Assembly: GCA_943350175.1 (NCBI GenBank) | Contig: CALQZX010000005.1 | Coordinates: forward strand, 150 to 64,149 | Length of the DNA: 64,000 nt | Direction: 5' to 3' | Source of the DNA: Parcubacteria group bacterium | GTDB taxonomy: Bacteria; Patescibacteriota; Microgenomatia; UBA1400; PJMF01 | Shown: positions 27,760-37,935 of the stretch, in pieces | Layout: every line of letters starts with the position of its first letter | How positions within the stretch are numbered: position 1 is the stretch's first letter | Notes under the pieces: generated by a model | Seen by the model: only the letters and a program-made list of their open reading frames with translations | Database searches by the model: none | Told to the model about the DNA's origin: nothing | Position numbers and translations under genes: made by a program

Positions 27760-28395
27760 ATGTCAAATGACCGAGAAAAAATGGTTAGTCAAGAAAAAAT
27801 TGCTGAATTAGTTAAGCTAATTTTGAGAGTTGGCGGAGTAGGAGTTTTTGTTAATCTTTTTAAAGATGCAAAAATTACTTGTAATGGAGAAATCATGGAG
27901 ATTAATGGTGGTCTGCCTTACCAACAAATAACTGGTGTTTATGAATTAGCTGGTCCATTAAAAATTTTTTCCAACGAAGCAATGGATAGGACAATGTCTT
28001 TTGTTGAAGGAGACTTGTTTAATAGAGGAACTGAGCAACTTGGTATAGCAATAGCAGACATGCAGCTTGGAGAACTAAGAAAAGAGATGTTGGCTTTTAA
28101 TATAATATTTGAAACTAAGGATTTTCCTTCAAAAAATGTTTTTATAATTACCTTGCCAAAAGTTGATGGTGAAGAATTAATTTCCACTTTAAAACAAGAT
28201 CCAAGTGTTGCAATTAAACTTTTTGAATCCATAGTTACTGGTCTCGATGAGGCTAGTCCAAGGGCTGCAAACGATGCTTACAAAATGATAATTAGTCTTC
28301 AAAAAAGATTGTTTGGAATTCCAGTTCCGCTCCGACCTCAATATAGGAAAAAAGAGGTTTTGACAGGAAGTTTAATTAAAGAAGAAGATAAATAG
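27760..28395 (+). CDS. Hypothetical protein
   Basis: Tightly packed ORF after secA. Confidence 0.55.
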   Translation: MSNDREKMVSQEKIAELVKLILRVGGVGVFVNLFKDAKITCNGEIMEINGGLPYQQITGVYELAGPLKIFSNEAMDRTMSFVEGDLFNRGTEQLGIAIADMQLGELRKEMLAFNIIFETKDFPSKNVFIITLPKVDGEELISTLKQDPSVAIKLFESIVTGLDEASPRAANDAYKMIISLQKRLFGIPVPLRPQYRKKEVLTGSLIKEEDK

Positions 28396-28397
28396 AA

Positions 28398-29063
28398 ATG
28401 CTCTTATCTGTTCTGTCTAAAACTATCAATAATAAGCCAGACATAATTCAGTTTGCCAAAGATCGCAAATATGAAGAAGCTTGGATAATTCCGTTAGAAT
28501 CAAACAAGCCTTCAGAGCAAGGCATTTCTGCCTATTTAAGTAAAAATAACTACGAGCTTCTAATTGTTGAGTATATTTGGAACAGCAAGATCGATAATGA
28601 ACGTTTTGTTTTAACTGTTTTTCTAGATCAAAATTGTCAGCTTCGAGACCATAAAATTTTCATAGATTTATGTTTAGAGATGTTTTTTAATTACGATACT
28701 TTTACTAACTTTATTGAGCTTTTTGATCAAAAAATTATTGGTCGATCATATTTGTTTTTGAATTCACCAGAAACTTGCAACATGAGCATTTTTAATTATT
28801 GGCTATCGGTCGGGCCAGTTGACTTGTGGAATCATGGCGAAGTTTATAATTTTGAAGTCATAAAACAAAAAATTGAATCTAGACCAGAAGTAGAAAAAAC
28901 AAAATTAAATTATCAAGGCTTGCTCTTTCGATTTAATATTTCAGGAAAAGAGAATGGACCTATTTATGGTTTAAAAACACCGTGTTGTCAAAAAGACGGT
29001 GAAGAATGGACGGTTGATTGCGATTTGGTGAATGAGTGGATGAAAAAGATAATAAAAATATGA
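28398..29063 (+). CDS. Hypothetical protein
   Basis: 221-aa ORF, operon-like spacing. Confidence 0.6.
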   Translation: MLLSVLSKTINNKPDIIQFAKDRKYEEAWIIPLESNKPSEQGISAYLSKNNYELLIVEYIWNSKIDNERFVLTVFLDQNCQLRDHKIFIDLCLEMFFNYDTFTNFIELFDQKIIGRSYLFLNSPETCNMSIFNYWLSVGPVDLWNHGEVYNFEVIKQKIESRPEVEKTKLNYQGLLFRFNISGKENGPIYGLKTPCCQKDGEEWTVDCDLVNEWMKKIIKI

Positions 29064-29638
29064 AAAACGCTCTTATCCTCCATGGCACAGGCGGTTTTCC
29101 CACAGAAAATTGGTTTGATTGGTTGCGCCAAGAATTGGAAAAATTAAATTTCACTGTAGCTGTCCCACAGTTGCCAAGTTGTGATCGCCCAAATATTAAA
29201 ACTTACAATAATTTTTTACTCGAAGAAAAATCCTACAAATTTAATGAAGAAAGTATTTTAATTGGTCATTCTTCTGGAGCAGTGGCAATCTTTGGCTTAC
29301 TTCAAGCTTTGCCAGAATCAGTTAAGGTTGACACCTGTTATTTAGTTGGTGCTTTTAAAGATAATCTAAATTGGGATTCTCTAAATGGTTTGTTTGAGGA
29401 ACCTTTTGACTTTGCCAAAATCAAAAATAAAGCCAAGCATTTTGTTTTTATTCATTCAGATAATGATCCTTACTGTCCACTAGAACATGCTAAATTTTTA
29501 GCGAAAGAATTAGACGGTGAGTTAATAATTAAAGAAGGTCAAAAACATTTTAGTGTTGGGACCTTCGGTAAAGAATATAGAAAATTTCCATTTTTACTTG
29601 AATTAATTGAGAAAGGTCAAAATGCAATTAAAAAATAA
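29060..29638 (+). CDS. RBBP9/YdeN-family alpha/beta hydrolase
   Basis: ILHG, NWFDWL, GHSSG, SDNDPY and KHF. Confidence 0.9.
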   Translation: MKNALILHGTGGFPTENWFDWLRQELEKLNFTVAVPQLPSCDRPNIKTYNNFLLEEKSYKFNEESILIGHSSGAVAIFGLLQALPESVKVDTCYLVGAFKDNLNWDSLNGLFEEPFDFAKIKNKAKHFVFIHSDNDPYCPLEHAKFLAKELDGELIIKEGQKHFSVGTFGKEYRKFPFLLELIEKGQNAIKK

Positions 29639-30323
29639 ATCAGTAGTAATTACTGGCGGCTCAGATGGACTTGGATTCTCTTTGGCAAAAGTACTATCGG
29701 CGAAAGGTGCTTTAGTTAATCTAATTGCTAGAGACAAAAAAAAGCTTGACTCGGCAGTTAAAGAGTTGGGCTCAAATGCTAATGGTTTTGTGGCAGATGT
29801 GAGTAACTGGCAGGAAATTGAGAGAGTCGCACAAAAGATCGAATCGATCGATATTTTGATTAATAATGCTGGAGTTTGGATTGAGGGATCTCTTCTTGAT
29901 TGCGAAATTGCTAGGATTGACCAAGCAATCGACATTAATTTAAAAGGTGTAATTTATGCAACTAAAGCCTTTTTGCCAAAGTTAAAAAAAGGAACAGAAG
30001 CTCATGTCCTAAATGTGGTTTCAACTTCTGGTCTAAAAGGTAGAGACGGTCAAAGCGTTTATTGTGCTAGCAAATTTGGCGTCTCAGGTTTTACAGAAGC
30101 CTTAAAAATTGATTTAGAAAAAACAAACGTCAAAGTGACTGGCTTTTATCCAGGTGGAATGAAAACTCATTTGTTTGATAAGGCCGGCAATCCAAAAGCC
30201 AATCAGGACTGGATGAACACTGACAAAGTAGCAGAAATTATTGTCTTTATGCTAGAACAAGATATGAATATGGTCATGGATCAGGTGGTGCTTAATAAGC
30301 GCATGACGCAAACTTCTAACTAA
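29622..30323 (+). CDS. SDR-family oxidoreductase
   Basis: TGGSDGLG, NNAG and YCASK. Confidence 0.93.
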   Translation: MQLKNKSVVITGGSDGLGFSLAKVLSAKGALVNLIARDKKKLDSAVKELGSNANGFVADVSNWQEIERVAQKIESIDILINNAGVWIEGSLLDCEIARIDQAIDINLKGVIYATKAFLPKLKKGTEAHVLNVVSTSGLKGRDGQSVYCASKFGVSGFTEALKIDLEKTNVKVTGFYPGGMKTHLFDKAGNPKANQDWMNTDKVAEIIVFMLEQDMNMVMDQVVLNKRMTQTSN

Positions 30324-30325
30324 AT

Positions 30326-31189
30326 ATGCCAGAGCTACCAGAAGTCGAGTCAATAAGGCGCAAACTCAATCAAATTTTGTCCGAGCGCCAGATCAGAAGC
30401 ATCGAAGTCCGTCGCGATAAAAGCTTTCTAGCCTTCCCTACTACCGGTGAGGAAATTTTAAATAATATTGTTGTGGGAGTTAAGCGTCGGGCAAAAATTT
30501 TGCAAATTGTTTTGGATGGCAAGCGTGATCTTTTAATTCATTTGAAAATGACTGGTCAATTAATTTTTATGGATATTGATGGTCAAAGAGCTGGCGGTGG
30601 TCACCCATCAGCTGACTGGGTTAATGATCTGCCTGGGAAGCACACCAGAGTTATTTTTTATCTGACTGATGGCTCGCGACTTTTTTTCAACGACATGCGT
30701 GTCTTTGGCTGGATTCGCTCGCCCCTCAAAATAGACGTCGACCAAGAATTTGTTAATTATGGTCCAGATATTGATGATCCAAATTTGACTGTCGATTATT
30801 TGCTAGACGCTGCTAAAAGGCGTCAAATTCCCATTAAACAATTCATTATGGATAACGCAGTGCTTTGTGGTGTTGGTAACATTTACGCTAGCGAGTCTTT
30901 ATTTGCAACCGGCATTAATCCAACAAAATCAACCAAAGAAATCACAAAAAAGGAAATGACAATTTTGCTCAAAGCGATGCAAAAAATCATTGCTCGTTCC
31001 ACTGAGTTAGGCGGGACCACTTTTGATGGCAAATACGTGGGAGTCGATGGTTTTGCTGGTGGCTTTCAAAATGAACTTAAAGTCTATGGTCGCGATGGTC
31101 AACCGTGTTTAAGCTGCAAAACCAAAATTTCCAAAATTAAGCAAGGTGGTCGTGGGACATTTTACTGTCAGTCTTGTCAACAAAAATAA
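30326..31189 (+). CDS. mutM: Formamidopyrimidine-DNA glycosylase
   Basis: MPELPEVE, HLKMTG, GVGNIY and a C-terminal zinc finger. Confidence 0.96.
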   Translation: MPELPEVESIRRKLNQILSERQIRSIEVRRDKSFLAFPTTGEEILNNIVVGVKRRAKILQIVLDGKRDLLIHLKMTGQLIFMDIDGQRAGGGHPSADWVNDLPGKHTRVIFYLTDGSRLFFNDMRVFGWIRSPLKIDVDQEFVNYGPDIDDPNLTVDYLLDAAKRRQIPIKQFIMDNAVLCGVGNIYASESLFATGINPTKSTKEITKKEMTILLKAMQKIIARSTELGGTTFDGKYVGVDGFAGGFQNELKVYGRDGQPCLSCKTKISKIKQGGRGTFYCQSCQQK

Positions 31190-32237
31190 CCGCTAAAAAA
31201 GTACTAATCGGTACTGCCAAGATTAGACCAATACTTCCAACTAAAGTACGTATTATTTCATCAGCAATAATTTCATAATTAACTATTTCTGCGAATGGTC
31301 GAGCTGCATCATTGAAAAGTAAAAGTAGTGGTAAAGAGGCACCGGCATAAACTAGAACCAAAGTATTAACCATGGAAGAAATATGATCGTGACCAACTTG
31401 CATGGCTCTCACATAAAGCTCTCCTGCTTTTAATTTTGGATTGGCAATTTTTAATTGTTGCACGATAGAAGCTTGTGAAACTGTAATGTCATCCAAAACT
31501 CCAAGGACACCAATAATTACTCCGGCCAATAGTAAGCCTTTCATATTTAATAATCCTGGATACATGACTTGTAGGAATCCGGCTTCTTCTGAAGATAAGC
31601 CACTTAATTTGGCGAAATTAATAAAAAAGCTGGCAAGAAATCCAGTGACTAATAAAGCCAAAAGTGTACTAAAGACAGCCACTGTAGTTTTGCGATTAAC
31701 ACCATGTGAAGGATAAAAAGTAGCAGGAATAATCATCAGTGATCCAAGAATAGCGATCAAAATTGGATTATTACCCTCAGCAATTTTTGGCAAAATGAAA
31801 TAGATAATCACTAGAAATGAAAAAGCCATGCCGAGCAAAGAGCCAAGTCCTCGCCACTTGGAAATGAGTAAAACCATAAAAATAAAAATCACAAATAAAA
31901 TCAATAAAGCATTAGTACGAACTTGATCGGCAATAAAAAATGTCTTTTCATCAGCTTGATAGATCATTAATTTATTTCCGACTTTATATTCAATTCGTGG
32001 ATCAAGATTTTCGACACTGATTTTTTGTCCAAAAAGATCTCCTTTGCTGGTGATAGTCAGTTCCAGTTTTTGAAACATTTCTCCAGCATTAAAAGTGCCG
32101 GAAGTTTTCTTTTCTAGAATTTGAGTGATGGTTCCTTGATAATTTTTTGGTTGATTTTCGGATTGAGCACTTATTTTGTTAGTAAAAATACTAAAAAAAA
32201 CAAAAGCAAAAAAGATGGCTATAAGTATTTTTTTCAT
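31137..32237 (-). CDS. YibE/F-family membrane protein
   Basis: GVLDDITVSQ, NTLVLVYAG and GSIGLILAVP. Confidence 0.88.
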   Translation of the reverse strand: MKKILIAIFFAFVFFSIFTNKISAQSENQPKNYQGTITQILEKKTSGTFNAGEMFQKLELTITSKGDLFGQKISVENLDPRIEYKVGNKLMIYQADEKTFFIADQVRTNALLILFVIFIFMVLLISKWRGLGSLLGMAFSFLVIIYFILPKIAEGNNPILIAILGSLMIIPATFYPSHGVNRKTTVAVFSTLLALLVTGFLASFFINFAKLSGLSSEEAGFLQVMYPGLLNMKGLLLAGVIIGVLGVLDDITVSQASIVQQLKIANPKLKAGELYVRAMQVGHDHISSMVNTLVLVYAGASLPLLLLFNDAARPFAEIVNYEIIADEIIRTLVGSIGLILAVPISTFLAVIFVDKTDSKMSHDHLA

Positions 32238-33214
32238 GAGTTTAGTTTTTTCTTTTTCTCTAGAACTAATTTTACTTTTTTAATAATGCCTAAATAATCT
32301 AAACCATATTTATGCAGCAAATCACTATCTTTGCCCGACTCGCCAAAAGTATTGTCGGTGCCGATACTTTCAATAGCAATTGGTTTTTGTAATTGTTTTC
32401 CAGCAGCTTTGGCGATAGTCTGAATCACTAAAGCATTCAAACCAGAGTTAATTTCATGCTCGCTAGCGACAATTGCTGCGCCAGTTTTAGCCACACTTTT
32501 AATAATTGATTCTTCATCAAGTGGTTTGATAGTATGCAAGTTAATAACCTCAACGGAGAGACCAATTTTTTCCAACTCCAGAGCAGCTTTGAGCGATTCT
32601 TGAACCATTAATCCACAGGCAAAAATACTTAAATCTTTTCCTTCTTTGAGAACTTGGGCTTTGCCAATTTTTATTTCTGATAAATTGACAAAACTAGCAA
32701 TAGCTTCTAATTTTTTTCTACCAAGTCTTAAATAACATGGGCCGTTATGAGCGGCAATTTGTTTGGTTAAGATGAAAGTTTGTTCGCTATCGGCAGGCAC
32801 GATGACAGTCATCTTTGGGAGTGCGCACATAATTCCTATATCCTCTAAAGCTTGGTGAGTGGCCCCATCTTCTCCAGTACTTAAGCCAGCATGACCGCCA
32901 ATGACTTTAATATTTAAACCACTATAGGTAGCAACCCTCAACTGATCTAAATTGCGGCCAGGATTAAAAACAGCAAAGCTGCCAATGAAAGGAATTTTTC
33001 CTGCCAAAGCAAGTCCAGCACCAACGCCCATCATATTTTGTTCGGCCACGCCGCATTCGACGAAGCGATCAGGAAAATTTTCTTTAAATTTATCCAAACG
33101 CAAAGATTCGCTAAGGTCAGCACATAAGACCACGATTTGCTCGTCGACTGCACCAAGCTCAAGTATAGCCTCGCCAAATCCATCCCTAGTAGCTTTTAAT
33201 TCTTCATTGTTCAG
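32234..33214 (-). CDS. Transketolase, C-terminal subunit
   Basis: ATRDGFGEA, GVAEQNM and GEDGATHQ. The frame extends upstream of the track start; probable CTG start at 33214. Confidence 0.9.
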   Translation of the reverse strand: MNNEELKATRDGFGEAILELGAVDEQIVVLCADLSESLRLDKFKENFPDRFVECGVAEQNMMGVGAGLALAGKIPFIGSFAVFNPGRNLDQLRVATYSGLNIKVIGGHAGLSTGEDGATHQALEDIGIMCALPKMTVIVPADSEQTFILTKQIAAHNGPCYLRLGRKKLEAIASFVNLSEIKIGKAQVLKEGKDLSIFACGLMVQESLKAALELEKIGLSVEVINLHTIKPLDEESIIKSVAKTGAAIVASEHEINSGLNALVIQTIAKAAGKQLQKPIAIESIGTDNTFGESGKDSDLLHKYGLDYLGIIKKVKLVLEKKKKLNS

Positions 33215-34061
33215 ATGCTTTTTCCTTAAGATTTAACTCGTTAATAGCTTGGTTGTACTCACTCTCATTTGGAGCCTTGCCATGCCACTTATAATCATTT
33301 TCCATGAAAGAAACGCCTTTGCCAGGAACGCTTTTGGCCATAATCATAATTGGTTTATGAGTTTCATTTTTGGCTAATTCTAATTTAGCGAAAATATCTA
33401 CAAAATCATGAGCATTCATTTCCAAAACTTTAAAACCAAAACTCAGTAATTTTAATTTCAGATTACCAAGTGATAATGTTTTATCAACTGACCCGGAAAT
33501 TTGAATATTATTGCAGTCAATAATGCCAATTAAATTATTTAATTGATGATGAATGATAAATTGATAAGCTTCCCAAATTTGTCCCTCTTGTTGTTCTCCG
33601 TCACTCATCATACAAAAAACTTTGTTCTTCTTTTTGTCCATTTTCAAAGCGACGGCCATGCCAGCGGCTTGCGATAAACCTTGGCCGAGCGGACCGGAGC
33701 TATTTTCAACACCAGGGACTTTGTATCTTAGATCAAAAGTAAAATGTGGGTGGCCCTGCAAGCGAGAATTAATTTGACGGAAAGTTTTGAGTTCCTCTTT
33801 TGGAAAATAGCCATCGCGAGCTAGAGTTGCATAAAAAACTGGACTGATGTGACCATTGCTGAGGAAAAAATAATCTCGCTTGTCCCACTCTGGTCTTTTT
33901 GGATCGTGGCGCAAAATTTTACCGATAAAAAGAGCAGTAAAAATATCCGTCATGCCCAAAGAACTGGCAGGATGACCGCTTTGTGCCTCATAAATCATGG
34001 TCAGAAGATCGCGACGAATTTGCCAGGCAGCTTTGCTGATGGATTGATAATTGGCAGGCAT
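33204..34061 (-). CDS. Transketolase, N-terminal subunit
   Basis: SGHP, LSNGH, LQGHP, SDGEQQEG and WHGKAP. Confidence 0.93.
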   Translation of the reverse strand: MPANYQSISKAAWQIRRDLLTMIYEAQSGHPASSLGMTDIFTALFIGKILRHDPKRPEWDKRDYFFLSNGHISPVFYATLARDGYFPKEELKTFRQINSRLQGHPHFTFDLRYKVPGVENSSGPLGQGLSQAAGMAVALKMDKKKNKVFCMMSDGEQQEGQIWEAYQFIIHHQLNNLIGIIDCNNIQISGSVDKTLSLGNLKLKLLSFGFKVLEMNAHDFVDIFAKLELAKNETHKPIMIMAKSVPGKGVSFMENDYKWHGKAPNESEYNQAINELNLKEKASEQ

Positions 34062-34088
34062 AATTAATTGTTTAATTAATTCTATTTT

Positions 34089-37000
34089 TTAGCTTAGAAT
34101 TTCTTCAATTTTTTTGATCAATACTTCATCATAATTGACTTTGTATGGCAAAACAATTCTTTCAGCTTTGATATCATTAGGAATAACGATAACGATTTTC
34201 TCGCTACCGAGATTAGCTTTTAAAAGTGTCCCAAGTTTTTTGAGAGTTTCCGGAGAAGTTTTGCGGGGCACAAAAATTTCTTGGAAATCTTGACCGCGAG
34301 CGAATTCCACTTCTTCATCTTTGGGAATAATAATTTTTTCCGCAATAATTTTAAATTCCTCTTCTTCATGTTGAACTTTACCACGAACCAGAACTACTTG
34401 ATCTTGTTCGAGCTGAAAACCTAGTTCAGCATAGGTGCGAGGGAAAATAATTAATTCAGCTTTGCCGGATTGATCTTCCAAAGTGGCGAAGGCCATTTTT
34501 TGACCTTTCTTGGTCATAATTTCTTTGAAACGACTGAGCAAACCACCAAATAAGAAAACTTGATCTTGGCTAAATTCTGGATCAAGTTCACCAATTTTCA
34601 TATTTGATCTTTTATTAACCAAATTTAGAGCATCAGCTAAAGGATGATCGGTTAGATACAAGCCAAGCAATTCCTTTTCGAATGACAGCAACTCAGCTTC
34701 TGGATATTCTTTAAGTTTGGGGAAACTATCTTTGATTTCGGCGCTTTTTTCACCGACGTCGGCAAATAAATGATCCTGGCCATCAACTTCTGACTGAAAT
34801 TGACTGGCAGTCTGACGAATACTTTCCAAATTTTCCAGCATAGATGCGCGGGTGGCAAAACTATCCATCGCGCCAACTTTGATCAGACATTCCAGAGTAG
34901 TTTTGTTGACTTTACGGCCATCAGTGGATTGAATGAAATGAGTAAATGATGTGAATTTTTTTTCTTTTTTGCGAGTTTCGATAATGTTTTCAATGGAGGC
35001 GTTGCCGACGTGTTTAATGGCAGTTAGACCAAAGCGAACAGCCATATTTTCTTTGGAAGTTTTATCCTCCTCAATGGTGAAATCCTGACCAGAAAGATTG
35101 ATTTCTGGGGCCAGAATTTTGATGCCCATCTTGCGACAGTTTTCGATGGCAACAGCAATCTTTTCATCACGGTTCATGCCGTGAGAATTGGATTCCACAC
35201 TCATCAAAGCAGTCATATACTCAACTGGATAGTTAGCTTTGAGCCAGGCTGTTTGGTAAGCAATCATAGCGTAACAAGCAGCATGTGCTTTATTAAAACC
35301 ATAATTAGCAAAAGCTTCAATGAAACCCCAGATTTTTTCGACAGTGGCTTTTTCGTAACCATTTTTGACTGATTCTTCAATAAAGCGACTTTTGTTTTTG
35401 TCTAAAATCTTTTTCTTTTTCTTACCAATGGCGCGACGCAACATGTCAGCTTCACCCATGGTGTAGCCAGCCATAAAGTGGACAATTTCCAAAATCTGCT
35501 CTTGGTAAACCATGATCCCGTAAGTTTCCTTCAAAAATGGCTTAAGCGAATCATGAGGATACTCGATCGAATCTGGATTGTGTTTACCTTCAATGAAACG
35601 AGGGATAAGATCCATTGGACCAGGACGATATAGGGCCACCATAGCGGTAATATCTGAGAAAGCACTAGGTTTGAGAGTCTTGGCTACACGACGCATGCCC
35701 GCTGACTCTAGTTGAAAGACTCCAGTTGTCTCACCGGAAACTAAGAGATCAAAAGTTTTTTGATCATCAATTGGAATTTTGTCAATTTCGATGTCTTGGT
35801 TTTTATATTTTTTAATTAATTTAAGAGCTTCCTGAATGATGGATAAATTACGCAGACCCAAAAAGTCAAATTTGAGCAAACCGATGGCGTTGTCATCAAT
35901 GTTGCAGTCCATTGAGTACATATCTAATTGAGTCAAGGTTTTGCCAGAGCGAGAATCTTTTTGAATTGGCGTGTAATTATCCAAACCTTTGTCAGCGATA
36001 ATGATGGCGCAGGCGTGCACACCAGAGTGTCTAATGGTGCCTTCAACTTTGGAGGCTAAATCCATTAAACGTTTGAATTTATCTTGTTTATAGAGACTAT
36101 TCAGTTCAGGAATAGTTTCTATAGCAGATTTAATAGAGACTTTTTTACCTGGCTCATTGGGAATTAATTTGGCTACACGGTCAGGGTCTTCATAGGCCAT
36201 GCCAAGCACGCGACCAATGTCGCGAATGGCAACTCTAGATTCCATTCTTCCAAAAGTGATGACCGAAGCAACATGATCTTCTCCGTATTTCTTGGCCACA
36301 TAATTGATAACCTCATCACGCTTAATATCAGCGAAATCCATATCAATATCAGGCGGCGTAGGGCGTTCAGGATTGAGAAAACGTTCAAATGGTAAGCCGT
36401 GCTGTATTGGATCTAAGGTCGTAATGTTGAGCGAATAAGACACAATCGAGCCAGCCGCACTACCTCTACCAGGACCCACAGCAATGCCTTGGTTTTTGGC
36501 CCAGTTCACAAAATCCTGAGTGATTAAAAAATAAGCTGGGTAGCCTTTGCCGTTAATAATTTCAATTTCATAGTCCAAGCGTTTTTTAATTTCGGGAGTT
36601 ATTTCGCCATATTTTTTCTTGGCTCCTTCAAAACTGAGTTTGCGTAAATAAGAATCATAAGTTTCACCTTCCGGCAAAGTATAGCCTGGAAAAATTAATT
36701 TGCCGGTTGGTATCTCCAGATCACAGCTCTCGGCAATTTTGACGGTGTTTTCAATGGCTTCTGGAACATCAGCAAAAAGCTCAATCATTTCCTCAGTAGA
36801 CTTGAGATAAAAGTCTGGCTTATCAATCATTTTCATGCGTTTCTCATCTGCAATTAACTTGCGAGTTTGTACGCATAAAAGAGCATCTTGAGCCTCTGCA
36901 TCTTCTTTTTCTAAGTAATGAACGTCATTAGTGGCAACCAGTGGTAAATTGAGTTGGCGAGCAATTTGAATCAGCTTGTCACGTAAAATTTTTTCTTCTG

Positions 37001-37547
37001 GAATGTGAGGATGACTTTGGATTTCGATGTAGAAACGATCTTTAAAGATTTTCTTGTATTTCTCTAGAATCTCTATGGCTTGCTCATCCTTACCGTCGGC
37101 TAGGAGACGATTGGCGCGGCTGCTCATGCAGCCGCTAAGCAGAATGACGCCTTCGCTATATTTTTCCAAAGTTTCATCGTCAACGCGAGGCTTATAGGAA
37201 AAGCCTTCAAAGTTGGCAACGGTGACCATCTTCATTAGGTTTTTGTAGCCTGCATAATTTTGAGCGAGAAGTGTTAAGTGGGATTGATCAGCGCCCATGC
37301 GAATTTGCTTGTCGAAGCGGGAATTTTTGGCCACGTAAACTTCAACGCCAACAATAGCCTTAATGCCTTCTTTTTTGCATTCGTTATAAAAAGCGATATT
37401 GCCGTGCATATTGCCATGATCAGTAATGGCAACTGCTGTTTGACCGAGCTCTTTAACTCTTTTGATTAAATCGGGAAGTTTACTCAAACCATCCAGCATT
37501 GAGTACTCAGTGTGAACATGTAGATGAACAAAATCTTGCTTAGACAT
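34089..37547 (-). CDS. dnaE: DNA polymerase III alpha subunit
   Basis: FVHLHVHTEYS, GPGRGSAAGS, PDIDMDF and YGFNKAH. Confidence 0.98.
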   Translation of the reverse strand: MSKQDFVHLHVHTEYSMLDGLSKLPDLIKRVKELGQTAVAITDHGNMHGNIAFYNECKKEGIKAIVGVEVYVAKNSRFDKQIRMGADQSHLTLLAQNYAGYKNLMKMVTVANFEGFSYKPRVDDETLEKYSEGVILLSGCMSSRANRLLADGKDEQAIEILEKYKKIFKDRFYIEIQSHPHIPEEKILRDKLIQIARQLNLPLVATNDVHYLEKEDAEAQDALLCVQTRKLIADEKRMKMIDKPDFYLKSTEEMIELFADVPEAIENTVKIAESCDLEIPTGKLIFPGYTLPEGETYDSYLRKLSFEGAKKKYGEITPEIKKRLDYEIEIINGKGYPAYFLITQDFVNWAKNQGIAVGPGRGSAAGSIVSYSLNITTLDPIQHGLPFERFLNPERPTPPDIDMDFADIKRDEVINYVAKKYGEDHVASVITFGRMESRVAIRDIGRVLGMAYEDPDRVAKLIPNEPGKKVSIKSAIETIPELNSLYKQDKFKRLMDLASKVEGTIRHSGVHACAIIIADKGLDNYTPIQKDSRSGKTLTQLDMYSMDCNIDDNAIGLLKFDFLGLRNLSIIQEALKLIKKYKNQDIEIDKIPIDDQKTFDLLVSGETTGVFQLESAGMRRVAKTLKPSAFSDITAMVALYRPGPMDLIPRFIEGKHNPDSIEYPHDSLKPFLKETYGIMVYQEQILEIVHFMAGYTMGEADMLRRAIGKKKKKILDKNKSRFIEESVKNGYEKATVEKIWGFIEAFANYGFNKAHAACYAMIAYQTAWLKANYPVEYMTALMSVESNSHGMNRDEKIAVAIENCRKMGIKILAPEINLSGQDFTIEEDKTSKENMAVRFGLTAIKHVGNASIENIIETRKKEKKFTSFTHFIQSTDGRKVNKTTLECLIKVGAMDSFATRASMLENLESIRQTASQFQSEVDGQDHLFADVGEKSAEIKDSFPKLKEYPEAELLSFEKELLGLYLTDHPLADALNLVNKRSNMKIGELDPEFSQDQVFLFGGLLSRFKEIMTKKGQKMAFATLEDQSGKAELIIFPRTYAELGFQLEQDQVVLVRGKVQHEEEEFKIIAEKIIIPKDEEVEFARGQDFQEIFVPRKTSPETLKKLGTLLKANLGSEKIVIVIPNDIKAERIVLPYKVNYDEVLIKKIEEILS

Positions 37548-37596
37548 ACCTCTGGAAAAGTCTAGCATTAATGAGGAGATTTGTAAAATTTAGATG

Positions 37597-37866
37597 CTAT
37601 TTAAGAAGTTTTTCTTCATGGTCTTCTTCTTCCAAAGAAAAACCCATTCTTACTAGCTGTTCGTCTCCAAGAGCATTAGCTCCTAGGTATTTTGCTGAAA
37701 GTTCTAGAACTAATTTATTAGTTTTCTCTCCATGTTCGCCACGCATCATAATTGCATCAATTAAGTTACTTTTTTCTGTCTTTTCCATTCTGTCGTAAAA
37801 AGAACACAATTTAGCTGCAATTTTTACTGCTTTTTCTTCATCAATTATTGAAACCATTTCAGCCAT
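37597..37866 (-). CDS. Hypothetical protein
   Basis: 89-aa ORF with an AAGGAAG RBS-like site. Confidence 0.5.
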   Translation of the reverse strand: MAEMVSIIDEEKAVKIAAKLCSFYDRMEKTEKSNLIDAIMMRGEHGEKTNKLVLELSAKYLGANALGDEQLVRMGFSLEEEDHEEKLLK

Positions 37867-37935
37867 AAGAATCTTCCTTTGGCAGGCTTAAATACTATTA
37901 GAATTCTAATCCTTATATCAATCTATGTCAAATTT

